From an uncultured bacterium (GTDB taxonomy: Bacteria; Muiribacteriota; CAYSPT01), in assembly GCA_964593455.1 (NCBI GenBank), contig CAZQHK010000001.1, forward strand, positions 150,708 through 214,707: DNA of 64,000 nt. Reading direction: 5' to 3'. Below, piece by piece: positions 55,856 to 62,924 of the stretch. The first letter of the stretch is position 1; each line of letters starts with the position of its first letter. A program made the translations under genes and the position numbers. Under the pieces are notes generated by a model. That model saw only the letters and a list, made by a program, of their open reading frames with translations. It ran no database searches and was not told where the DNA came from.

Positions 55856-57547
55856 ATGGAAGAGAAAAGAGAACGATGGATCAGCCGGCCGGCTTTTATC
55901 CTGGCGGCTGTTGGATCAGCTGTGGGTCTGGGGAATGTATGGCGTTTTCCGCATGTCGCCTTCCAAAATGGCGGCGGCGCCTTTCTCATTCCCTACTTTA
56001 TTGCTCTTTTGACAACCGGCATCCCGGTTATGATTCTCGAGTACGGACTAGGACAAAGATTGCAGGGCTCTACTTCCTACGCTCTCAGCAAAGTGAGCAA
56101 AAAGTTCGAATTCGTCGGCTGGTGGGCGTTGACCATAGGAACTTTTATTTCACTGTACTACTGCGTGGTTATGGGGTGGGCCTGGCGGTACCTGGCAGTC
56201 TCGCTGAAGATGCCCTGGGGAGAGGAAACCAAGGATTATTTCTATAACACAATTCTAAAGATTAGTAGCGGCCCTTTGGACATCGGCTCTCTGAACTGGC
56301 CGATAATTATGGGTCTGGCCCTCACCTGGGTCTGTATCTACTTCATCATCTATAAGGGAGTTATCAGGGTGGGCAAGGTAGTCTACATAACCGTTCCCCT
56401 GCCGATAATTCTCCTCGTTATCCTTTTTTTCAGGGGAATTACCCTGCCGGGAGCAATAGAGGGTATCAAGTTTTATCTCACTCCTGATTTTTCTGTGCTG
56501 AAAGATCCGGGGGTATGGCTGGCTGCCTACGGGCAAATATTCTTCTCTCTGAGTCTGGGGTTTGGAATACTGATGGCTTACGCCAGTTACAAGCCCCGGG
56601 ATTCTGAAATCACCAACAATGCCTTCATTACCAGCCTGGCCAACTGCGGCACGAGCTTTTTCGCCGGGTTCGCCGTATTCAGCATACTTGGTTATCTGGC
56701 CCAGATTCAAGGGAAAGCAGTGGCTGATGTCGCAGCGGGCGGACCCGGCCTGGCTTTCGTGGCGTATCCGCTGGCTTTGTCCAAATTGCCTGCTCTGGGC
56801 GGTTTATGCTCTTTTGCATTTTTCCTCATGCTCCTAACGCTGGGGATAGATTCGGCGTTTTCTATTGTAGAGGGAGTCGTCTCCGGACTTCATGATAAGT
56901 GGGAGTTCAAGAAATCTACCATTATCTTCTGGTTCTGTGTGTTCGGTTTTCTAGGAGGGTTGATTTTCGCCACCGGGGCCGGGCTCTATTGGCTGGACAT
57001 TGTAGACCATTGGATGAACAACTTTGGCCTGACTATCATTGGCCTGGCTGAGTGCTTAATCATCGGCTATGCTTACGATATAAAGGGATTCAGAAAGTAT
57101 TTGAACGAGGTCTCCGAGATCCAGTTGGGCAGTTGGTGGGATATTTGTATCAAGTATGTGACTCCGGGAATTCTAGGAATAATCCTGATCCTTAATTTCT
57201 ATAAGGAGTTTTCCGGACCATATGAAAGTTATCCTATGAAAGCTCTCTTCATCGGAGGATGGGGTGTAGCCATTCTGGCTATGGTGATGGGAGTTTTGAT
57301 ATCAGATATCAAAAAAATCATTAAAGTCTCCGTAATTGCCGGTGTTCTGGCACTAAGCTTGATGGTCCACTTCCTGCAAGTTTCGGATATGGCCAGAATG
57401 ATAGTGATGTTGCTTTTCGGAGTCGTCGTACTCTTTGGTGGCTTGACCTGGTGTATTCTGATTGCTTATCGAAGCGGCAAAAAGGCCAGATACGTCGATG
57501 CTGAATGCGCCACTGATCTATGCGAGGTAGAAGAACTGGAAGAATAG
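55856..57547 (+). CDS. Sodium-dependent transporter, NSS/SNF family, with C-terminal extension
   Basis: NSS signature AAVGSAVGLGNVWRFP. At least 12 TM helices plus 2-3 additional C-terminal hydrophobic segments. Followed by a bidirectional terminator. Confidence 0.9.
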   Translation: MEEKRERWISRPAFILAAVGSAVGLGNVWRFPHVAFQNGGGAFLIPYFIALLTTGIPVMILEYGLGQRLQGSTSYALSKVSKKFEFVGWWALTIGTFISLYYCVVMGWAWRYLAVSLKMPWGEETKDYFYNTILKISSGPLDIGSLNWPIIMGLALTWVCIYFIIYKGVIRVGKVVYITVPLPIILLVILFFRGITLPGAIEGIKFYLTPDFSVLKDPGVWLAAYGQIFFSLSLGFGILMAYASYKPRDSEITNNAFITSLANCGTSFFAGFAVFSILGYLAQIQGKAVADVAAGGPGLAFVAYPLALSKLPALGGLCSFAFFLMLLTLGIDSAFSIVEGVVSGLHDKWEFKKSTIIFWFCVFGFLGGLIFATGAGLYWLDIVDHWMNNFGLTIIGLAECLIIGYAYDIKGFRKYLNEVSEIQLGSWWDICIKYVTPGILGIILILNFYKEFSGPYESYPMKALFIGGWGVAILAMVMGVLISDIKKIIKVSVIAGVLALSLMVHFLQVSDMARMIVMLLFGVVVLFGGLTWCILIAYRSGKKARYVDAECATDLCEVEELEE

Positions 57548-57570
57548 TCTGAGAACAGTAAATCCGGCTA

Positions 57571-57602
57571 AAAAAAAGAGGCCTTGTTCATGGCCTCTTT
57601 TT
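57571..57602. terminator. Bidirectional rho-independent terminator between the NSS transporter and the EF-hand gene
   Basis: A7 run, stem GAGGCC (57578-57583), loop TTGTTCAT, stem GGCCTC (57592-57597), then T5. The GC-rich hairpin is flanked by A- and T-tracts between convergent genes. Confidence 0.75.
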
Positions 57603-57618
57603 ACTTTGTCAGAATGAC

Positions 57619-58704
57619 TTACTTTTTCTGTTTGCTTTCGGCTTCCTCCTTCTGTATCTCAGGCAGCGGCCCGATGTCGGGCAGGCTCCTGGCTACCTTG
57701 ACAATATTATTCAGCTCGTTCACTGCCTCGTCATAGTCCTTCTCCTGGATTCTTATTAAAGCTTTGGCCAGGTGTACTTCAACCTCTGCCAGTTTGGCCT
57801 GTACGATCAAGGCCCGGTTGAGGTCTCCCCCTTTTTCCAGGCGCCGCGCCGTGGTCTGGAAGACTTTGACGATATTTTCGTGAATTTGCGCGGCCACCTG
57901 AGCCGGGGAAGAAACCTGTGTTTTTTCGCTGAACCTCGAACCGGTAGTAAAATTACCTTTCTGGTGCGGCGGCATTCCTTCGGGGGAAAAATCTTTCTCG
58001 CCGGACCCGCGCAGCGGGGGCCGGGAGCCGCTGTGATCTTTAAACCGGCCGTGAGGCTGGTCCATCTGCCTTCCTCGCAGCACTTTCCGCCGATCAGAGA
58101 ATCTTTTTCGCGCTTCCCTGATCTGGTCCCACTCCTGATCGTCGATCGTCCCGTTTTGGTTAAAGTCGAACTTCTCTTTGAAACGAGGTCTGCGGCTGAG
58201 AAATTCCCGCATGAGTTTCGGTTTGTCATTGCGCATGGTTTTAAGCTCTTCTTTGGAGAGAGCTTCGTCTTCGTCCTCGTCATACTCCATTAGTTTCAAG
58301 GCAAGTTCATCCATTTCCTTCTCGGAGATGCCGTGTTTCTTGAGCATTACATGTATTTCGTGCAGGTCTACTACGCCGTCGTCGTTCAGGTCCATCCGTT
58401 TAAGGATCATTCCGGAATTTACCTGGTCGCTTTTCCCTTGTTTGCGCCTCTTTAACCGTTTTTTCGCCCGAAATTCCGGTTCTTCCTCGCTCTCTTTGTC
58501 AAACGGCTGCTCGGGTGGAAGAACATCGGGAAGTATTTCCAGCGGGATGTCTGAATGCAGATCTCTCTTTATTTCTTCCTCGTCCACTTCAATATCCATC
58601 TCGTGCGGTGGAAATTGCTCGACAGCGGGCAGCGACGCCGGCAGCACAAGTCCGAACACCACTAGTAACAACCACGTCAGGTTTTTATATTTATTCCTCT
58701 TCAT
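57619..58704 (-). CDS. Secreted EF-hand calcium-binding protein with C-terminal helical domain
   Basis: ATG 58704 lies 9 nt after AGAAGGAGTG. Signal peptide. Two canonical EF-hand loops (DLNDDGVVDLHE, DFNQNGTIDDQE). A long acidic/basic helical region. Last gene of the ECF sigma operon. Confidence 0.6.
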   Translation of the reverse strand: MKRNKYKNLTWLLLVVFGLVLPASLPAVEQFPPHEMDIEVDEEEIKRDLHSDIPLEILPDVLPPEQPFDKESEEEPEFRAKKRLKRRKQGKSDQVNSGMILKRMDLNDDGVVDLHEIHVMLKKHGISEKEMDELALKLMEYDEDEDEALSKEELKTMRNDKPKLMREFLSRRPRFKEKFDFNQNGTIDDQEWDQIREARKRFSDRRKVLRGRQMDQPHGRFKDHSGSRPPLRGSGEKDFSPEGMPPHQKGNFTTGSRFSEKTQVSSPAQVAAQIHENIVKVFQTTARRLEKGGDLNRALIVQAKLAEVEVHLAKALIRIQEKDYDEAVNELNNIVKVARSLPDIGPLPEIQKEEAESKQKK

Positions 58705-58738
58705 TGATCGTAACACTCCTTCTATTTGTTTACCGTAA

Positions 58739-59410
58739 TCAGCCGTCATCTGACAGGCTTTCCGGGGTGGTCAACTCATCGAACATCGTTTCGTACAGAT
58801 CATACTGCTCTAATTCGCTGGAAGACGTCATCTCGATCTGCATCAGGTTGAGTTCCTGGAGAATTTGTGTTGCCACCTCTGCCACCGGTTCGTCGTTGTA
58901 CACTTCTCCGGTGGTTTCCTCCACCGGTACGTCGGGTATGTCCATTGGATCAATAGCTAGATTACCGGTGGATTCCGTTTGTAGCGGTTCTACCAGTGCG
59001 GTCTCCGGGTTTGGTCGGAAGTGTAAGCCGACCAGAATAATAACCACGCAGGTAACAGTAATCGCTGCTTTTCTCCAAAAACCGCTTAAAAACTGGGAAA
59101 CCAGCGAATCAAATCTGTCGGCCAACGTAATTGCAGCCGGTTCGGGTACGGTATCGTCGAGTGGAATTACCACCCGTTCATCATTCAAAATCCTTTGCAG
59201 GATCGAGTCGCGCATCACGGCAAATCGCTCTTCCGGCACACGGTCCTCAACGTAACTGTTGAGGAGGGCGTTCAGCGACTGGTACTCGCAGACCGATTTT
59301 CGGCACGATTCGCACCCTTTGATATGAGTTTCCACTTTCTGACTGATCTGCGGAGGCAGAACGTCATCGCAGTAGGCTTCGAGATAATCCTTATATTCGT
59401 CACACGACAT
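58739..59410 (-). CDS. Anti-sigma factor (zf-HC2 type), single-pass membrane protein
   Basis: ATG 59410 lies 9 nt after AAAGGAGGTG. zf-HC2 motif (C-x2-YxxxL...H-x3-C-x2-C). One TM helix (AAITVTCVVIILVGL). Acidic periplasmic tail. Confidence 0.7.
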   Translation of the reverse strand: MSCDEYKDYLEAYCDDVLPPQISQKVETHIKGCESCRKSVCEYQSLNALLNSYVEDRVPEERFAVMRDSILQRILNDERVVIPLDDTVPEPAAITLADRFDSLVSQFLSGFWRKAAITVTCVVIILVGLHFRPNPETALVEPLQTESTGNLAIDPMDIPDVPVEETTGEVYNDEPVAEVATQILQELNLMQIEMTSSSELEQYDLYETMFDELTTPESLSDDG

Positions 59411-60014
59411 AATAGCGGACACCTCCTTTCCCTGCGCTGTTGGGTTCGGGCTCAAAATATTCACTGAGTACCGATTTCAACTGGCGTTTTCCGTAACAGA
59501 TGCGAGACATAATCGTTCCCAGGGGACATTGCATTATTTCAGCTATATCCCGGTAAGAGAGGTGATGAAAATGATAGAGGATAATCGCCTGCCGTTGCAT
59601 TGGAGGAAGTGCAGCCACGGCTTCCCGGACTCGCTCAGAACGCTCTTTTAGTTCTGCCAACTGGCCCGGGTCAAGACGCCTATCGGGAAGACGGCTCAGT
59701 TTCTCCGGCTCCACGACCTCCTCGCGCCAACTGGCCCGGAACAAATCTTTGCAGGTATTCGATGCAATCCGATACATCCATGTTTTAATCCGTTCCGGGT
59801 TCTTAAGCCGCGAGATCTTCCGGTACACCTTGTACATCACATCCTGGGTCACCTCTTCCGCCCGATGGAGATCGTTCAGCGTACGAAGGCAGAAATAAAA
59901 GATAGGTTTGTGGTAGCGTTTGAGAAGTTCGTCAAAGGTTTCGAGATCAGGTTGGGTCTGGAGTTTCACTACCAGGTCCCTATCATTCAGGTCCGCCAGC
60001 GTTGGACTGTTCAT
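59400..60014 (-). CDS. RNA polymerase sigma-70 family ECF sigma factor
   Basis: Region 2 (...FCLRTLNDLHRAEEVTQDVMYKVYRK) and region 4 (QRQAIILYHFHHLSYRDIAEIMQCPLGTIMSRI). A candidate autoregulated TGAATA-16-CGTC promoter lies upstream. Confidence 0.85.
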   Translation of the reverse strand: MNSPTLADLNDRDLVVKLQTQPDLETFDELLKRYHKPIFYFCLRTLNDLHRAEEVTQDVMYKVYRKISRLKNPERIKTWMYRIASNTCKDLFRASWREEVVEPEKLSRLPDRRLDPGQLAELKERSERVREAVAALPPMQRQAIILYHFHHLSYRDIAEIMQCPLGTIMSRICYGKRQLKSVLSEYFEPEPNSAGKGGVRYYVV

Positions 60015-60043
60015 ATAGTCCTCCCATCCGCTTCACCCATACA

Positions 60044-60069
60044 GACGGGGTGTGAAGTACAATTATTCA
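60044..60069 (-). promoter_or_regulatory. Candidate ECF-type autoregulated promoter (TGAATA-N16-CGTC) upstream of the ECF sigma gene
   Basis: On the minus strand: TGAATA (60069-60064), a 16-nt spacer, CGTC (60047-60044). About 30 nt upstream of the sigma gene RBS GGGAGG. It resembles the sigW/sigE-type AAC...CGT architecture. Confidence 0.35.
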
Positions 60070-60213
60070 ACATGTTAAAAAATATTTTATATGGTGTCTC
60101 TATTTTTGTCTACAGCCTGGTGGTATCGCTCGATCTTTTGTAAAGCACGTCACGGCTAGCCCGCATATTTCACGAGTTGCCGTCACGAAGTCGCGAAGTC
60201 ATACGTAGCTTCA

Positions 60214-60243
60214 AGGCACGCGACCAATCCTTCCGCAGGCGTA
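60214..60243. repeat. 29-bp dispersed repeat, copy B
   Basis: See copy A. It lies in the 430-bp intergenic region between Endonuclease I and the ECF sigma gene. It is followed by a short hairpin (GCGTATC-cgttgc-GATACGT). Confidence 0.55.
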
Positions 60244-60443
60244 TCCGTTGCGATACGTCGAGGACAGGCGACCGAGCGTAACGTAGAAGATGTGTGTGAA
60301 TTCGTGGCTGCAGTAGGCACACTGGTGAAATATCCGGGCTAGAGCACATATACACTGTATTGCAGGCTGTCGCGCGAAAAGTGATAATACAGGATATATT
60401 CTCGTGAAACAGGGATGTTGAGTATGGGTAACAACAGGTTTGC

Positions 60444-61292
60444 TTAGAAATCGCTTATCTTGTCAACCTGATCAGGTTGGTCAACAAAGATGTTACGGTT
60501 TTTCTGATAACGTTCGATTCCATTATTTCTCATGATCTCGTAGTCGCTAACCGGGTCATCTTTGTGCCAGCGGCGCAGGGTTGTTTCCTGTTTATAGTCA
60601 ATGGACCTGTTGTACCGGATGGAGAAATAGAACATGGCCCGGGCCGTATCACCACGATGGTCAGGCCTGACTTCAAATACCACGTTGCCAAACTGGTTGC
60701 GGCCCAGCCGGCTACCTCCCTTTTCCCAGAACGGCGTGCCGATCACCTCACCGAAAGGATACCGTCCCCGCTGGCTGTTGGATCTGGTATCGGTGGGAAA
60801 GAGGTGGTGGATGTCGCTTCTCATTGGCTCTTTTTTGTTAAAAAAGCTTTGCGGCCAGGAATGTTCGGTGTTCATATCATGGACGTTCGGGATTCCACTG
60901 GTGGTAACCAATTTACCGGTGTAGATACATTGGACCTTCCCATCGATATTATCAATGTCGCTGAAAAAGGCCTGCCGGGCCTGCCGGTAGCCGAGACTGA
61001 CATAGCCGTCTGAAAGAATCAATCCGAGCTCTCGTTTAAGTTTTCGGTCTTTCTCCTCGGTATCTTCCAGATAGGTGATAACGATGTTTTCCAGCTTTTC
61101 ATAGCTGTCAATGTTTCCGAGCAGGACGTTTTGTTTGAGTTCTAGGCGTATCTCCGGATTTTCAACCTGAGAAATTAGCTGAAGTACCCGGGTTTTCTCC
61201 CTCAGGGAATCGAAAGCCGGGGTGGATGCGGCTAAGACGAAAATAAAAACTGTTGTAAGCAGTGCGAAAGCAAGTCGTGAGCCTTTAACCAT
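60444..61292 (-). CDS. Secreted Endonuclease I family nuclease (EndA/Dns/Vvn-like)
   Basis: Signal peptide (MVKGSRLAFALLTTVFIFVLAASTPA). Catalytic blocks NTEHSWPQSF and DIHHLFPTDTRSNSQRGRYPFGE match Endonuclease_1. Its own TTTACA-17-TATAAT promoter lies at 61358-61386. Start 61292 is chosen over 61304 by SD spacing. Confidence 0.8.
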   Translation of the reverse strand: MVKGSRLAFALLTTVFIFVLAASTPAFDSLREKTRVLQLISQVENPEIRLELKQNVLLGNIDSYEKLENIVITYLEDTEEKDRKLKRELGLILSDGYVSLGYRQARQAFFSDIDNIDGKVQCIYTGKLVTTSGIPNVHDMNTEHSWPQSFFNKKEPMRSDIHHLFPTDTRSNSQRGRYPFGEVIGTPFWEKGGSRLGRNQFGNVVFEVRPDHRGDTARAMFYFSIRYNRSIDYKQETTLRRWHKDDPVSDYEIMRNNGIERYQKNRNIFVDQPDQVDKISDF

Positions 61293-61357
61293 GAGTACGG
61301 TCATCTCCTTTGTATAATCGACAAAACAAAGCCGGAAGGAAGACAATCCAGCTTTAT

Positions 61358-61386
61358 ATTATACTCCGCAAAAGGCAGAGTGTAAA
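61358..61386 (-). promoter_or_regulatory. Sigma-70 promoter (TTTACA-17-TATAAT) for the Endonuclease I gene
   Basis: On the minus strand: TTTACA (61386-61381), a 17-bp spacer, TATAAT (61363-61358). It is bracketed by a 16-bp imperfect inverted repeat, AGCCGGAAGGAAGACA (61330-61345) and TGTCTGCCTTCCGGCT (61421-61436). Confidence 0.55.
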
Positions 61387-61439
61387 GCAGAAACCTCAGG
61401 TACTTACCCATGAGAGAGACTGTCTGCCTTCCGGCTGCG

Positions 61440-61898
61440 TCATGAATCACTGATGAAATCCATAAATTTGAGTATATCTTCAGGAAAGCTGAAAATGTGT
61501 AATGTATCGGACTCATCATTTTTTTCACCGGATAACCGGTCCACCATCAATTGGAAATAGGTCTTGTCAGATTCGATTGAAAAACTCGAGCGATTTAACT
61601 TTTTGACCGCCTCTGCCAGGCTGCCGGTGCCGGCAAAACAGTCGAGTACAAGATCGTGTTCGTTGGTGAAAATCTTAAGGAGCCACTCGAATACCTTTAG
61701 CGGTTTCTGGGTTGGGTGCTTCAACCGCTCCCTACCCATGCAGATAGGTTTACGACCCTTCAGTACCTTGGTGTCTTTATGAGCGGTACCGTAGGGTGGA
61801 TCGGTAATTATGGCGTCAAACGTGTTTTCCGGAAGCCGTGAGAACACGTCCAAACAGTCACTGGGGACAATAAACTGCCGTGCTCGGCCACTCCCCAT
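61440..61898 (-). CDS. Minimal beta-class DNA methyltransferase (N6-adenine/N4-cytosine type), 152 aa
   Basis: ATG 61898 lies 6 nt after GGAGGA. DPPY (motif IV) at residues ~33-36 and HPTQKP...VLDCFAGTGS (motif I, FxGxG) at ~61-90. Only ~24 aa separate them, so there is no recognisable target-recognition domain. Translationally coupled to the upstream MTase. Confidence 0.7.
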   Translation of the reverse strand: MGSGRARQFIVPSDCLDVFSRLPENTFDAIITDPPYGTAHKDTKVLKGRKPICMGRERLKHPTQKPLKVFEWLLKIFTNEHDLVLDCFAGTGSLAEAVKKLNRSSFSIESDKTYFQLMVDRLSGEKNDESDTLHIFSFPEDILKFMDFISDS

Positions 61899-61901
61899 TT
61901 G

Positions 61902-62681
61902 CTATCCTCCTCGTAAAAGACGTTTTTCCGCAGCCAAACGCTTCCGGGCTGCCCGGCAGGCTTCTCGATCAATATCACCGCACAAGAAATCACGCCGGTG
62001 ACGGAGACAGGCTATGGCGGTGGTCCCTGACCCAGAGAATGGATCGACCACCAGGTCACCACTCCTGGAAGAAGCGAGGACTATGCGTTCAAGCAGCCAC
62101 TCGGGTTTCTGGGTAGGATGAATTTTCCTGGGGCCGGCTGTTTTACCCCTGGGCCAGATACAACGCATCTGTTTTCCTCCCGCCATCTGTTTCATCACTT
62201 CATAATTGAAGGTGTGGCGGGTACCTTTACGGGCCCAGATGAAATTTTCGTGGTCAGCCACCAGCCTGGTTCGCGACATGTTCGGAGTGGCATCGGTCTT
62301 GTGCCAAAGGACTTCGTTGATGATGGTGAAGCCGAGTTTCTGGAGTACGGAACCGATAATGTATATATTGTGGTACGTTCCCGCCACCCACAGGCTGCCC
62401 CCGGGTTTGAGCACCCGCCATGATTCTACGGCCCAGGAGTAGACAAAACTTTCATAATCACCGAGCGATCGGAACTGGTCCCAGGCTCCCTTATAGGTGG
62501 AAAGATCCTTTCCTCCGCTGGTGCTAAAATGCATAACGAAGCGGCTCTTGCTGAGATTATACGGAGGATCGGCAAAAATGAGGTCTACTGACTCGGGTTT
62601 CAGGTTTCCGAGCAGGATAGTGGCGTTGGTAACATAGAAAGAGTTGATACGTTTGCGAACTCCAGGTTTAAAAGCCGTCAT
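61902..62681 (-). CDS. Beta-class DNA methyltransferase (N6-adenine/N4-cytosine type), full length
   Basis: DPPY motif IV followed by a ~150-aa variable region, then HPTQKP...VVDPFSGSGTT (motif I). Start ATG 62681 (alternative 62762). Confidence 0.8.
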   Translation of the reverse strand: MTAFKPGVRKRINSFYVTNATILLGNLKPESVDLIFADPPYNLSKSRFVMHFSTSGGKDLSTYKGAWDQFRSLGDYESFVYSWAVESWRVLKPGGSLWVAGTYHNIYIIGSVLQKLGFTIINEVLWHKTDATPNMSRTRLVADHENFIWARKGTRHTFNYEVMKQMAGGKQMRCIWPRGKTAGPRKIHPTQKPEWLLERIVLASSRSGDLVVDPFSGSGTTAIACLRHRRDFLCGDIDREACRAARKRLAAEKRLLRGG

Positions 62682-62924
62682 TCCATCTATCCTTAACCGT
62701 AATGCATTCAGGTCTTGCCGAGAACGGCCCGGGGCTGAAGTCACCCTATCATCAAAGCACACTCACGTCAATGATTCATCCCGCGTGACCATTAATGAAG
62801 TTGACGCTTAACCCTGGCTGATCGTATAATAACCGTGAGTTCGTCTGGTTTTTACACACGCCTGTTTCAAACGGTGACCGGATGAACTAGAGGCTTGAAG
62901 AGTGGGGATAGAGGTTGATGGTCA

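Noticed and set aside
60444-62762. Interpreting Endonuclease I plus two MTases as a classical Type II restriction-modification system
   Set aside because: The Endonuclease_1 family is a non-specific secreted or periplasmic nuclease with a signal peptide. This gene also has its own strong promoter. The locus is kept only as a looser 'MTase plus periplasmic nuclease' association.
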